A stretch of DNA of 64,000 bases from Takakia lepidozioides (GCA_030704615.1 CM060732.1:71300001-71364000), one strand, 5' to 3'. Counted from the stretch's first letter, positions 1-14,211 are shown. Numbers and translations are program-made. The notes: generated by a model not told the origin, from the sequence alone.

Positions 1-1560
1 TCGTGCCTGGTGGTTCTCTTCTGGAGCTGCATCACTTGAGAGTATGAGAACATTGGAAGATTGGCTGGTGTTTTGGCACTTCCGGTATAGACAGTGGGGA
101 GCAGCCATGACAATGGTACGAGGCTTCTATTTCATGCTTTATTCATACATTTGCTTTCCATATTTTTGACTCATTGCTTTCTTTATGTTGTTTCCTGTGC
201 ACTATTCTGAAGTGTGGTTATCCTCTTTGCAGAACATGTCCATTGAGGAAATAGCAGACATGCCATCTTGCAATTTGGCAGAAATTGTGCACAATGCATG
301 GTTGCAGCAGTCTGGGAAACGAGGTCGGGATTTGTATGTGGCAACAACAGATGATTTGATACGTGCCTTGCAACAACAAACCGATACCGTGATTTCTTAC
401 GAGGTGGGGGTGGTGGTGGCAAGGGTCCGGACAAAATCGGAGTTGATGTTGCGTGCTGCAAACAGATCTGGGGATCCAATCAAGATAGCACGGGCGGTGA
501 GCATGTATGCCCAGGGAACGCCACTTGTTTCTAGAGTTCCACATCTTGAAGGGGAGGAGAGATTCGGCTCCTGTAAGAGGAAATTGAACACTCCACCTGT
601 TCGGATTCAGATTCCCACAGGGCAGACCGTGATAACTTCTCGAAGCCTCGTGTTCCCCTGCATGACAGCTCCGTGTCCGGAAACCTCCATTGTGGAGGAA
701 CCTCCAACACGACGGCAAGCTCCAGCATCAAACCGTGCCACTGAAATGGTGCAGGAGAGAAACAACCCCCTTGATGTGCTTGAGTCCGCATGCCCCGACC
801 ACGTTTGGCACATAGAACGCACAAGTGTCGGGTCTCGTGTGAAATGTACAGCGATCAGGGCAACTAATTTCGAGAAGTGCACTTCATCTATATCCAGAGG
901 TGGTGCCGAACTCCTGCTCCGACTTTCACGGGCTTGATGCGTCCATATGGTCAACCAGAAGCCAAGAACCACAAGTTCTGGTTCTGCGCAGATGATTGTG
1001 CCAGATGTGTGCATGGAACTGTGCGTCCTTCCGTAGTGATGAAGCCATCTCCTCCAACCGTTTGGCCCGTGAAGGTGGGAACATATCTTAGCTTTCAGGA
1101 GATTGAAATGCTGGAGGAGGCAGGTTTTTCCCTTGCGAGACAACCCCAACTCCATGCATGTGCTACTACTCCTGCGTCCTCCCGGGTCCCCCCGGCAAAT
1201 CCTGACTTGTGGCCAACCAAACGAGATGGAAAGCTCGTTCGGCGTTTCCCTCCAAACGCGCTGAACACTTTGGCAAAGTGGAGTCCGCAAGAATGCTCCA
1301 AGCTCGTGTCGGAAGCACCACGGAAGTACCCGATCCAGGATATGGTCGGGTATTCACATCATCACTTCCACATCTGCTGTTCATGACAGGACCTACGACA
1401 TCACGGTTTCCAATTTCCCCAATTGCACATGTCTGATTTTGAATATGCTATAAACCAGTTGGGCAAGAGAGGTAAATTCATACCCTGCAAACATTTGTAT
1501 TTCATATTTTTGAGGAGGATGGTTTGCGATCCCAAACGTGACAACTTCATTCACCAGGCC
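1..1560 (+). pseudogene. Degenerate Mutator-like (MULE) transposase C-terminal region with SWIM zinc finger
   Basis: Translation gives EDWLVFWHFRYRQWG (56-100), a GT..AG intron (116-231), then 'CNLAEIVHNAW', which resembles the MULE catalytic-Glu motif. A SWIM-like CxC...CKH ('FIPCKHLYF') is at ~1423-1503. Several frameshifts. Confidence 0.5.
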
Positions 1561-2066
1561 ACTATGAGTTTCACGAGGTCGATACTCTTTTGCAGCGGGA
1601 TAAACAACATGGGTAGCATGAACTATGTAATGTGGTATGTGGATGACCATGATTTGAAATGTGTAATTCACATCAATCGTCGGCTGTGCAATGATATGGC
1701 CTCCAACTATACGGAGTGAGGTCTGAGTGACAACTTTTAGGTAGTGCACATTTGTCATTGCACCGTTCGAAGTCTACATGTCTTGCTGTCGCTATGCACT
1801 ACAATCATCTTTTGAAGATGATCATAACTCTCATTGTTATTTGAGGAGGGAGGAAGTTCTTCTCGTGGCAGCCTTTATGGCGCACACACTTTGTGAGGAT
1901 ATTTTGTCGTCTTCGTAATTGTAAAGTGAAACAAACATTTGTAATTGCACAATGTTGGATGCTGCAATTGTAGGCCTCAAAGCTCGTCTTGATTCTATTT
2001 AGGCAAGATTCCCTGCATTAATTCCACGGTCATAGGACCATCCACGGTTATAGGCGGGCGCATGTT

Positions 2067-2236
2067 AATGCTGACGTGGCAGTTGACGGACAGTGCCACG
2101 TCATCATTTACCGCCACATCAGCATGCTGACATGACGCTCACGCCACGTCAGCATGTGTGCAGGCTCACGCCACGTCAGCTGGCGTGAGCGTACGCTCGC
2201 GCGCTCACGTGCAACGCTCACGCCATTGCGTCGTTG
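2067..2236. repeat. Cluster of GCCACGTCAGC / GCTGACGTGGC short repeats, probably subterminal repeats of a DNA transposon
   Basis: Five or more direct and inverted copies of (at)gctgacgtggc / gccacgtcagc(atg) within 170 bp. The cluster abuts the Gypsy fragment directly. Confidence 0.5.
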
Positions 2237-5200
2237 ATGGCATGGAAGGGGTTGTTTCAGCACCTTGAGGGGCCGCCTATGGATGATTACCATGAGTTCA
2301 GGCGGGGGCATGAGGTTGAGATCGAGGAGTGGAGGATGTACTGGTCACCCGACTATGTCTCCATCACTAGGGGCACTAGAGCCACGAGGGCAGTGGCTAC
2401 ACCTGTCGCTGCACCGGCAGCTTCAACAAGCTGCAGTGGGACTAGTGAGACTGGTGGTACTGTAGCTACGACGTCCACCCAAGCCACTACCACACCAACA
2501 CCAGTACTTGTGTCTGTTTTCAACCCTGTTGTGGAGTTCTTCGAAGAATTGAAAAGGAACTACCAAGGGGTGAGGACAGAGAAGTTGCGGAGCTTGCAAG
2601 AGTTCCAACGGAAGCCTACTGAGAGCTTGAGGGAGGCTTTCACTCGCATGAGGCGCTTGATAAATGTAACCCAAGGGGTTACGGAAGCTCAGGCAGTCCA
2701 ATTCTGGTATGGGATATTGGACAAGGAGCTAAGGAGAAGGGTGCGGGATGCAACTCTCTTACAAGCGGCCCAACCCACCTTAGCAAATGTGTTTTTTGCT
2801 AACAGAGCGGATAGAACTCAACATGGTGGAGGAACGAGTGGTCATGGTAGGATTTGCTAAAGAGACACCATGGGGTAGTGGTGCTCCTAGCCAACCACTA
2901 CCTCAACGTGCTCAAGGCAACAAGGGGGCTCAAGTGAAGCTCAGGGAAGGACACAGAGGACCTCAGATGCAGGGGTCTCTCCCTTCATTTGCAGGCCAAC
3001 AACGGGCGGAGGTGGTGTGTTGGACATGTGGAGGACCCCATGTCAAGAAGGATCGCCCAGAGGGAGGCAAAGGGCCGGCACATGCACAATCTGCACAGTT
3101 CCAGTGTGGGCATTGTGGCAAGCACGGGCATGGAGAGGCCCAGTATTATGGTTTGCATCTTGAGTTGTGCCCAAGCCAGTTCCAAGGGAACAATGTGGCC
3201 GGGGGCGAGGTGGAGCAGCCCAGAAAGGACGAGGTGGCCAGGCACGAGGTGTAGGCCAAAGACAAGCTCAACATGGCCAAGGACGCAGAGGTCAGGGTGT
3301 TGACCAAGGCATGGCCAACCTGCTTCAGCAGCTAGAGCAGAGGCTCGCTGCCATGGCTACAGCTCAGGTGGTACCGGCTCCAAGGCTGGATGGTCCACCT
3401 CCGGCTCCTGAGGGAGGAGATATGGGAGGCATGGGATTCATGTGCGGGGCAGCACTACCACTAGTGCAAGTGGAGTCGGCGGCGGCAGTGACCCCAGGAG
3501 CAGCACGAGTTCCTGAGCCACGAGGTATAGTGGTGGAGTTGGATCCATAGCGTGGGGAAGCAAGCCATCAGGCCAGGCTTCCTTAGTCATTCACATTGGC
3601 AGAGACAGTGTCGACGCCATCCATGGCACCTAGTTCTCGCCCGACTGTTATCGAGGCGGAGGTTACTATGCCATTGGGGAGAGCTACACGGGCAGCACCA
3701 CTACCTAGTGTTGCCAAGGCTACGGCAGCTAGTGTGCTGCTGGGAGCGGCCATATCTGTGTGTCAGGCTCCGTTGTTCTCGGCTACCATGATTGCGACGC
3801 CGGGTGTAAGACCAGCTGAGGTGTTCAGGCTGGCAGCTACACTCTGTGAGAGTGGGGAGGTTACTTCATCTTTTGCGGAGATAGTGGGAGGTGTAGTGCC
3901 GGAGGGATCCTCGGATTTGAGGATCAAGACTGCCATGGCGGCGTCATGGCAAGCTGCAGCTACCAGATTGACGGAGCTGCCAGCTAGGCCAGCCATTGAG
4001 CGCGTCATGGTGACACCTGGAGTTGTCATGTTAGACAACCAGGATGACATTTTCTGTTTGAGTGGACCGGCAGGCAAGAAGTACCGGCCACTGCGGGTCT
4101 TGTTGGACTCGGGAGCTCAGCCATTGATGCTAGGCAGAGCTGCTATTGCAGGCTTGGGCCTCACGGAGGCGGATATAGAGCCTTGTTATTTCCAGATACA
4201 AACGTCTCTGGGAGGATCGGAGCAGGCTCGAGGCATGACACGGCGTAAGTTGGCTATCAGACTACGGCCGGATCACCCTACAAATGGCTCAGTGATGTGA
4301 GCCAAGGCCATTGTGACAGACGCGGTCTCATACGATGTCCTGGTTGGTGGGGCAGTGTTGTACCCCATGGGCTTCACCTTGAATTTTTGGGAGGAGTCAA
4401 CTTCCTATAGGTCTGGATGGCAGTCAGGGGAGGGCTGACGTGTGCAGCTCCCTGTGACGTTCATAGGAGGAGTTGTGGTTGCCCAGCGGGGCAAGATACC
4501 GACACTAGCAGCATTCACAGCTGCAGTGACTTGGTCTGGCGAGCTGCTAGAGAGCAACGCTCATTCAGAGGATGTGTCACCTCCGAGAGAGCAGGATGAC
4601 ATGTATGGTATGGCGGAGTTGCCTGCCATGGTCGCTCAAACTCCATTGTGGGGCACGAGCAAGGATTTGCAGTGGGTTGCTGATCGACGGGTGCAACAAG
4701 CCTGGGTGGAGGCTTCTGTACCAATGATCCAGGGGGAAGGGCTCCTAAGGAATCTCCAAAGAGTCAGGCAGGTCCTCAGCCATCACAGGAGGAGAGTGCG
4801 GGGATTGCTCCAGGACCACCTCAGTTGTCACCATTGGATACCACACTTATTGTGTGGCAGTATCCGGATGAAGGCATTTGCCTTCTGGACTTGTTTGGCG
4901 GGATCAGCACCGGATTGGCTGCTGTGTTACAGGCAGGTGTGCGAGTTCGGCGTTACCTGTATGTGGAGAGGGATGAAACTGCACGACGCGTCTCCCTACG
5001 CCATGTTGCTCAGTTGGTGCAACAGTACCCTAAGTTGTTGCCGGTGTCTGCAGTTCGTGGAATCAGCAGGCCTTGACATTTCGTTGTTGGGGGCGCATGA
5101 TTTGGAGCAGGTTGGCTCCATTGATCTAGTAGTGGCAGGTTGGCCCTGCCAAGGGCATTCATCAGCCGGGCATGGCAATGGATTGCGAGACTCGAGGTCA

Positions 5201-5975
5201 GGTCTGTTTTGGGAGATAGTGCGGGTTTTGCGCCACTTGCAGCTTCATCAAGCTGTATCTCCAGCATACATCTTGGAGAATGTACCACTGATGGGCAATT
5301 CTCGGGCCAGGGTGATGGCCAGTGTGCATCAAGTCCGGTCGTGGCTTGGGTCAGCAGTGTTGCTAGATGCAGCTACAGTGGGGTCACGGGCTCATCGTCC
5401 CCGGCTATGGTGGACTAACTTGATGCCACCCGCACTGCTCAAGCATGCATTTGATGGGGTGCAGCGACCAGCATACCTCACAGTGGATAGCATTTTGGAC
5501 ACAATGAGGCAGTCTTAGCGTGTGAGACACGATGACCGTTCGCCTTTGGCAGTGGTCAACAAGGTGGGTCAACCACGAGTAGCACTACCTACACTGCTCA
5601 GCTACCCAGGATCGCATGCTTTCCGAGATAGTGGACCTGGCCTCCTATGGGATGCTCAATTGCAGCAGTTAGTGGAGCGTAATGCTGACGAGCGTGAGCG
5701 GGCAATGGGTTTTAGCACTAGTACCACGGCGGTGCTATCTCTTTCTGAGGCATCACGTCGTCAGGTGTTGGGGCAAGCAATGGATCTCAATTGTTTGACC
5801 TGGATTATCAGCTTGGCTATGGCTGAGCAACGCAAAGTGCGGAGTACACTTCCCTCGCTGGTCTCTCTGCCTATCGAGACGGTACAGGCAGTGAGTGGGG
5901 GCGAGCATGTGAGGACCACGGGGTGCAAGCATCCACGGCACACGTGGGAGGTGCTCGAGGTTCAGAGGGAGCTGG
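2237..5975 (+). mobile_element. Truncated copy of the methyltransferase-carrying Ty3/Gypsy family (partial gag, protease, C5-MTase)
   Basis: Collinear with ~23626-27090. Gag 'MAWKGLFQHLEGPPMDDYHEFRRG', two zinc-knuckle remnants (~3018-3150), aspartic protease 'LRVLLDSGAQPLML' (~4091-4132), MTase motifs 4876-5790. No terminal repeats; frameshifts and stops. Confidence 0.9.
4850..5830 (+). pseudogene. DNMT3-like C5 cytosine methyltransferase domain (retroelement-borne, copy 1)
   Basis: Motif I ICLLDLFGGISTG, IV IDLVVAGWPCQ (PC at 5144-5149), VI YILENV, VIII SRAHRPRLWWTNL, IX ERERAMGF, X RRQVLGQAMD. Split by a frameshift near 5065 and a stop at 5516. Confidence 0.9.
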
Positions 5976-8900
5976 GCCACATTGGCCATTTTTTGTTGAC
6001 CAGTGAGAATCAAAGATGGTTTTTTGTCGTTTTTCTTTCTGCTTCTCAGCTGCTAGGTTTGCCTTTAAACGCCGGTCTCTTGTTTTCTGCCTCGCTTTTG
6101 TCTCCTTTTCCTGCTTTTTCTTCTCTCGTTCATTTTCAGCCTCCGCTCTCAGTAGGGTTTTTTTCTCCAATGTTGTTTTGTACTCCGTAGATGTCATGAC
6201 AATCGAGTTAGCATAGTCCACTAGAGGCTTTTTCCCTCGTGTTGGCTTTGTTGGGAATTGAGGGAGGGCCAGTAAACTTGCAAAGTTTTCTGGACTTTGT
6301 TCCTGTGCGCATTGCATATCTGTTGCCTGTGAAAGAGTCTCATCAAACATCTCGGCCATGAATATGTCTGCTAATTTTTGTGCCAACATAGAAGTGATGA
6401 GTTGGATCTGGATTTGCACCACACTCAGCTTCAAATCCTGATTGAGGTGTACTGCCTTCTGCTTCTCCAATATCTATAGGTTGACCTTGGCTGAGAGAAG
6501 GTGTTGCCTCCCCAATTGATGTAGTCTCAACTGGCTGATTCTGAGTTGTTGTGGGACTAGTGCTTTCAGTTAAGAATAGAAGAGCATTAACTCCGCTATC
6601 CAAATCAGCTTCATCATCACTGACTCTCTCATCGTGGATGTCCACACCAGGTTCTTCTCTAGATGTTGCCGCCTCAACTGTGCTGAATTGTTCAGAAGGT
6701 CCAGTCTGATCATCCATGGCTGCAAAATTCAATGGCCGTATTCCTGTTTTTCGAAATCCAGCTACAATATTATCTTTGGTAAGTGCTTCTCTCAAAGCTC
6801 CATCAACCCAAGTAGCTAATGTTTTCTTATCGGGTTCCATATAATTTCTTTCTAGCATTTGAGCATCCCGAATTTTGCGAAAGCAAGTTTTGAATGGCTT
6901 GAAACAACTTACATGAAGGGGCTGTAAAGCATGAGAGGTATGAGCTGGAAGCGTAATAATGTCTAGCCCGATGTTCATAGCATAATCAATAGCCTCAATG
7001 GTAACGTGACTACCATGTCCATCGAGTATCAGTAAATGTCGATTGGTTGGTGAGACCCCCCCTGGAATATTGTTTTGTAGGAATATTAGCCATGCTTTGA
7101 ATAATTCTGCTGTCATCCAGCCTTTGTTTTGCATTGCCATGCATGCCCCTTTCTCACAATCTGCAATGTAATCTGCCATCATCCGTTTTCCCTTGAATAT
7201 AAAATATCCTGGAATTCTCTCCCCTGCTGCATTGACGCAAGCAAGAACAGTTAGCCATTCTCTTGACTTAGGAATTGTGCTGTACACATAGTGAGAGCCT
7301 TTTTTGGCAATCACCCTTGCTCTCGGAGGTGCGACCAGCCATGCATCTTGTTTCATCACAATTCCATATGTGAGAAGGTGAGTATTTTTGCTTCTCATAC
7401 AACAACTGCAAGTTAGAGTAGAAACCCTTGCAATGTTCGTCAGTGAGGGCTTTGGCCCTTGCCATTTCCAACCCTTCAGCTATCCTGATTGAAAGCTATG
7501 GATGTCTCTTTTTGAATCAATGCCACCAAGAATTTCCTGGGATACCATCAGAAAATGGTGTGACTCTTGTTTGAGTTAATTCCGCCACCTTCAATTTCAG
7601 TTGTTGAACTGTAACTGAGTGGCCAATGTCTTGTATCTTCAATATCGAGGCCACCACCATAGCCTCCTCTTCCTTTGAGAGTACTGGTGCAGCCCCTAAT
7701 TTCCGGTGTCTAGTCTTATCTGTCAAATGATCTTTCACAGATGAGAAAGGAATTTTCCAATGTTGTGCAGCCTTGCGTATGCTCATGTTTCCACTCTCAA
7801 TTGCATCCATTGCCTCTTCCAATGCCTGATCTGTCCATAGTCCTCTTTTCTTGGCATCTTTGCCTCTAGCCCTCTTTTGTGGTTGAAGAAGTGTTGTTGG
7901 TTCAGGCCTACGATGTCCTTTATTGCGTTGCCTTGTTGACCTAGGGACTACTGGAGAGCAAAGGGTGGATCTTCTTCCAACCATGATGTTCAGATCTCAG
8001 CCTATTTGCAGCCTATTCAACCAAGTAAGTAAACCACTAATTCTATTTCCTAGAGTATGGAATGTCAATCAGCTTGACTGGCCATTCCAGTCCTTGATCT
8101 TTGTACCATTGTGCCAAATTAGTCCCTCTAGGTTTCTCTCCTATATAAGGTGCTCCAACAGAGGTGGGAGATCTATGACGTACCCAACTCTCTACAAACT
8201 CATACAAATCTTTGTGGTTTTGCTGAGCATAGGTCTTGTATAGTGGTTCTCCTCCTATAAACTCGTGGAACAACTTGAACTTATTCCAATCAAGATCATC
8301 TTCCTCACCATCCTTTCTAATCCCTTTAGGCAGCCACCTTCTCACTGATTTAGTTCTTCTTCCAAGACGGACTTTTTTCAGAGTGTGTGCCCACTTGTAA
8401 TAGTCATATTGTGCAAAGTGTCTCTTGACTAATATATCTACTGGGTTGTCTCCTTGTACTTGCAGGATTGCAGAAGATGAACTACAACCTGTCATTTGTA
8501 GCACATGGCTGTAGCTAGAAACAACAGATTGTACCCTTAAACTAAACTAAATAGTGTTAGTGAGAAAAGACACTATACTAAGCTGAACCTGAAGTACATA
8601 GAGATGCACAAATAGAGCTTGAAGTAGGATAGAAAGAGAATAAGAGTGTCAAAGCATTGCAGAAAAAGTAATTCTGCTTGAAGCACCAAAGGAAGAATGA
8701 GAGTGTCACCCTATTGCAGGGCAAACGAAGCACAAACAGAAAGAATGAAATGTTGAGAGCTTTGCAAAATGATGGTTTGAGTAGGGGCGCCAAAACAGGT
8801 CACTGTCTAATAACTGCTTTCATCCGTGTGAAAGTTCATCCTCCAGCGTTACATGTGGATTATATAATTGTATCACAATGACTTTACATCTGCGCACTTC

Positions 8901-9039
8901 TACATCCATCACCACTCAAATTTCCGTCTGCTGTCATATGTGCAGTCATAGGCTTTGTCACCATTGGTACTGAGAGGTAGGGGTGCGCAGTAATGCTGAG
9001 CAGTCATGGGGTTGTGAGCGGTCATAGGGCGTTCTACCC
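5976..9039 (-). mobile_element. pogo/Fot1-like (Tc1-mariner superfamily, DDE_1) DNA transposon remnant, one end missing
   Basis: Minus-strand HTH (WTDQALEEAMDAIESGNMSIRKAAQHWKIP, 7517-7984) and DDE_1 core (IWNCDET, KGWMT, LLILDGHGSH, LPAHTSHALQPL; 6343-7471), with frameshifts. Possible terminus ...gttctaccc|TA at 9039. The other end is fused directly to the Gypsy fragment. Confidence 0.8.
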
Positions 9040-10442
9040 TACACCTACACAGAGTTTGACAGATTTTCCAGAGAAACGCTGAGATTTTGGTGACTCTGGA
9101 AGCATTCGAGGCATCTTTCCGGGCTCTACTTCTCCCGCCATTTGTGCTGCTGGCCCCATGTCTTGCTGCCACGTTTCAGGGATTGAACCCTAGTTAAGAG
9201 TATACATTCTTGACCACCGTGTTTTCTAGAGGAGTTGCCAAGTTAACTACGACTTATCTCTTCTGAAGATTCTGAAGGAAAGGGATTGTCAGTCTGTGTG
9301 TAGTGAGTCATGCATAATCTCTTTCTCTGTGTCTGGCTCACTTTGAACAGCAAGATCGTAGTCTGGATGCCATAGCGAGGGGGGCAGTGATGGATGATGT
9401 TGGCAGGTGTCACGGTGACGGCACCACCGTCCTGCACAGGTTGTTTCTCGACCCCCTTTTCTTTCTTTCTCTCTTTCTATCTCCTTTTGTCTTCCTCTCT
9501 CTAATATCACGAAGTTCAAGTTTGGGAACACCTTCAGTAAACCTCAATCTTGCAAATGAATCGTCACTGGCTGTGATAGAGGTATGGCGGTACAATGCTC
9601 AGATTTTTTATAAATGACAGGGTAGTTTTATTTGTTGCACGTGTGTAGAGTCAAGACGTTACAGTACTACACTTATCACAGTCGATTAGGTTGTTGAGAA
9701 AGGAATGCTAGTTTTGCCCGGTGTGGGATAAATGGCTGGGTTTCAGGGTTTGGGGGTTAGCAGCTCAACCCTGAGATTTTGTTCTTTCATATTTGCTCAC
9801 ATTGACTACAGGAAAACCAGACACAACGGCTCTGGAATGATTGGTAGATTGCGCCACTCAGCTGGCACAGCAGCTCATGGCAAAAGTCACAAGGAATGCA
9901 TTAGTCTGTCCTTGTCCCTCTCTTTGGCTATCCGTCTGTGTTAAATGTGGGGCTGGTGAACAGGGCTGCACGGGAGGGCAAGCTGGACACACTCAAAGCC
10001 CTCATTCAGGTTTTACCTGCACCCTTCAAGCTCACTTGTTGTGGGAAGTCAGAGCTACTTGGGCTGTTTCAGATCAGGTCTACAAGACAAAGCACCTAGT
10101 ACCATGGAGCGCATTGTTGACAGGTGTCCCAATGCTCCTTGACAGTGAATGCATCCTCTCTGAGAGCAGAGGGGCAAGCCAAGAGCAATCAGATTTGATA
10201 AGGTGTTCATTGACAATGCATTAAAGAACATGACTTGGTCCCAGTGCTACTGATGTAGCACCCTGGTTACAGCTACATGTGGCTCTGCTTATACATCATC
10301 AGAATAGGCCTCAGAGATGTTCTCAGTAGACTTGCCTTGAACGTGTGGTCATGGGCCACTTAACAGGTTCAGATGGAGCACAGGGCACAGAGGTGGGCAT
10401 TGTACAATATATGACTGTAGTATCTTGTTGGGTGGGTTGCAG

Positions 10443-13229
10443 GGCAGGCTGGTGTGGATCCAAATTTGAGGGACCGGTGGGCAAAAACTCCCCTTCATGA
10501 GGTACACCCTTTTTCTTTATCAGGTGGCAGTTCCAGTGCAGAGTCTTTGGCCACAAGGTTACGGCATGTCTGTCATGGCACTGCATTATCTACATTGGTG
10601 TATTGTTGACCTGTCCACTTCTTCCATGGAGACTGCCTTGCTGAGGCCTAAGATTACTTCTCTTCCCCCCTTTCCTATGGTCTTTTCTTTCTTTCATTAC
10701 AGCAGGATCCTAGAATCTGTCACAACTTCCAAAAGCACAATAAATGTGATGGTTTGGCAGGCATGTGGGCATGGGTATGAAGGGTGTGTAAATTTGTTGT
10801 TGGACTTGGGCGCTTTGAGCTCCGCACACAAAACGAATGGTTTCACACCCCTCCACTACGCGGCAACTGGTGGGCATGCCTCTATTGTCTGCCTTCTCAT
10901 CTCAAGGTGCGCATCTCTAGAAGTTTCTGTGCAAGTTTGTCTTCAGACTACCATCGTGAGCTCCAGAAATAGAGAGATAGGAGATGTGCTCATGAGTCTT
11001 TACTTGCACTAGTCTTGTGGGCATAAACCCCTTTACACAATTGTATGTCCTGGCGATCACAATCTATTAAAAGGGAGAGAGGGGAAGGGACTTTTGGAAC
11101 CCTCCACCGCTTTCTTATAATGAGAAGCAACATTTTCTACTTTCTTCAATTGGGTATTTGCAATCACATTCATCATATCCACCTGCAGGGGGGCATTTGT
11201 GGATGAGGGTGACCACAAGGGAGAGAGAGCTCTTGATGTTGGAGCCCGTGCCGGATCAACACTTGTCGTGGAGGCATTACTCAAGAACGGGGCCAATGTG
11301 AATGCCAAAACCAACAATGGCCGCAGCAGGTGTGAATCTGCTCTGAGTGTGCTTGATTTTATGTCCCCAGCTCTGCATATTTGGGTCAAGGCTTAGCTTA
11401 GTCTGTATCATGGCATGTTGAGTAATCTGCTTCCCTTGTTCTGTTCCAGTCAGAAAAGGAGGTTGTTGACCGTCTGGTAAAGATCTTAAGCATAAAGGTA
11501 CAGAGATCAAACATGTGCCATAATTTGTACTACTGCTTCTTCAGGGCAGCGCAGATGCTGCAAGGCTTGTACTCAATTTATTTGAGGAGTACAGCATTTT
11601 ACAAACCTGAAAGCATGTATTATACAACAAGGGCAATTACTCGCTCATCATCATTTTTGAATCTCGACAAGCTTGTACCCGATAATTAGTGACTTCAAGT
11701 GTTTTTTCTATCAAACACTCATTGCTGTAAATCTGTGTGCAACAATGTGGTGTGGCGGTTCAGTATTATCTGACTCTCACCCACTGAGTTTTTCTTGTCA
11801 ACCCAGACTTTCCAAGCCATGTTTGGGCTTGCTAAGGAAGGATTTGCTAATTCTGTTTTCAGTTTACACACAGCAGCTCTTCACGGACACAGTGAGGTGC
11901 TGCAGCTTCTGTTGGCTGCCGGAGGGGACCCGAGAGCTGTTGACAAAGGGGGTGGCCAGCCAATACATGAGGCTGCGGCTGGTGGACATGTGGCATGCCT
12001 GGATCTGCTCTTCAGAGCCAGGGCAGATGCTAATGCATGTGATGCTTGCGGGGCCAGGCCTCTGCATCGTGCTGCCAGTGGTGGCCATGTGGCAGCAGCT
12101 CGTTGGCTGATTGAGGTGCATGCCTTGCCCCTTTGAGCCATAGAAGAGCTGAGTGAGATGGAATGTGCTTCAGATAGCACTGTTCTCTTTCAGGAGTTGA
12201 AGAAATGAACAATCCTATCATTCCATGCATCTGGCTTCCTGATTGAGATTTGTACCTTTTCTGCAACCAAACAGACCACATAATTCCATCTTGTGATCTA
12301 GGGAGGACCCTGGGCAACTTTTGCAGAGAATGGTCAATGAGAGCAGGGTAATAAATCAATGGTTTGATGGTTACATACTGCAGAAAGGAGTGGATGTGGA
12401 GGCAAAGGATGCCATAGGCTCTACCGCACTCTACTGGGCAGCCAGCCGGGGCCAGATGCAGATGGTGTCGTATTTGCTTCAGGAGGCAAAAGCCAACCCA
12501 TCGGCTGCAAATGTGCACCGATCTTGCCTTCATGTTGCTGCAGGTAGTCTCCCAGTTCTTAACTCTGCAGTTTGCTATTTTCTTTTCACTCTCTTTTCTG
12601 TCTTGACCATGTCACTAGCAGTCCATCACGTCCACATCTTTGGAGTACCCTTTCTTTCCAGAGTGGAACTGCCACTGCACCTAGAGCTAGATGCCCCACT
12701 GTGCTTTCAGTTTTGGTCCAAGTTTCATACCATAGGGAATCAAAATCCAATGAGTATGCCTATATTATGGACCCTATCTGCTGCATTCCAGTTGGGCTCA
12801 TGTTATGGCATCAAAGATGGCAATTACAGCCTAATGAGTACATCTTTTAATGGCTGTTTGCAAATTAGCTCTCTTCCATGAGTAAATCTTTTGGCTACTT
12901 CTCCTTCCTTTTATGGATCTGATAACCATGCAAATTATGAGAGTACAACAAGTCCTCAGTTGAGGAGTCATAACTGTGATACTAAACATCTGTCAGACAC
13001 GAAGGAAAAGAGACATACTTGAGTGTTTTGTCTTACAATAACCACTTAACTGTGTATTGTCTTGCACGTATAAGGATGGGGGCATGTTGGCATCTGCGAG
13101 TTGCTTCTCAAGTTCAGGGCTGATGTCAACGTGAGAGATAAAGATGGACAGACTGCTGCTGATGTTGCCTTGCACTCCAAGCGGTTCCCAGGACTAGCCA
13201 AGCTGTTTTCCTTGCATGAAGCATCTTAG
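10443..13229 (+). CDS. Multi-exon ankyrin-repeat protein (5' part unresolved, possibly extending to ~9300)
   Basis: Spliceable ankyrin exons: ~10443-10501 (GVDPNLRDRWAKTPLHE), 10761-10906 (GFTPLHYAATGGH), 11189-11329, 11852-12115 (LHTAALHGH, PLHRAASGGH), 12384-12543 (GSTALYWAASRG), ~13075-13229 (ADVNVRDKDGQTAADVA...stop). Confidence 0.8.
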
Positions 13230-14211
13230 ACTGCAAAATACTCCTTGTGAGAACTTGTTCAAGACAGTTGATTGTTTTATGTAGCTTGTGTATCAGTCAC
13301 TGCAAGTTGTTGTTAACAAAAGATTTTCTATTAATTTTCTAACCTATTGATTACATTGTGCGGCACTTTACGTTTGCTTAGAGTGGCAAGCCTCTTAACA
13401 GGTGGCCCGATTGTTTGGGGGCAGTATCCACACTGCTGGTGGTCATGGCTTCGAACCTGTTTACAGTTACCGCTTCAATGCCCGTGCCTTTTGTTGGCTT
13501 CTACCCCTGACAAGAAAAGCACCTAAAAAATCCAGAAAACATCAGAAAAAACAAAAATGACCCCTCAATACTGCGACTGCCCTATGCTGCTGACATATTT
13601 GCGGGAGACCGATGTGGGAGTTTTCTTTCAACTGTTCTACTTGATAGAGGGAAAAACAAATAGTTATTTGTTTATTTATTCATTCCTGTTTTGAATTACG
13701 GATGTCACTCTGTTGGGCCCCCAAATTTTACACACCTTTTGGATCCACATGAAGCCTCCAAAATCCTTGAAATAGGGCCATTTGGATATATTTGAAAGGT
13801 TTGGGGATTGTTCAATGGCGTTGTGGGCAATTTGGACCACAACCTTTATCTCTGGATGGAGAGAGATGGTGTGCCCTTATTGGGCCATTGCGTTGGGGCA
13901 TTGCAGTGTTTGTTCAGAGACCATTGAAGTCACAACAAGTCAGCAGCTTGGGTGTCAAACGCAGCTCTCTTCCGATGCCTCTCGTGAGAAAAGGGCCTTA
14001 CTAATGGATACTAGAGTAGTAAAGAAGAGGGCATTCACCTCCCTTATATAGCCTTTCAGGGCGGGCGGGCCGACCTCGTCAAGCGGCTCTGGAGCCTTCC
14101 ATAAGGTTGCTCAGATGCAACACATGTCATAACCCTACTCACCCTTACTCCCACCACTTGAGACCTGAACTCTAACTACCCAAATTGGCACCCAAACCAT
14201 CCCCCATTTAG

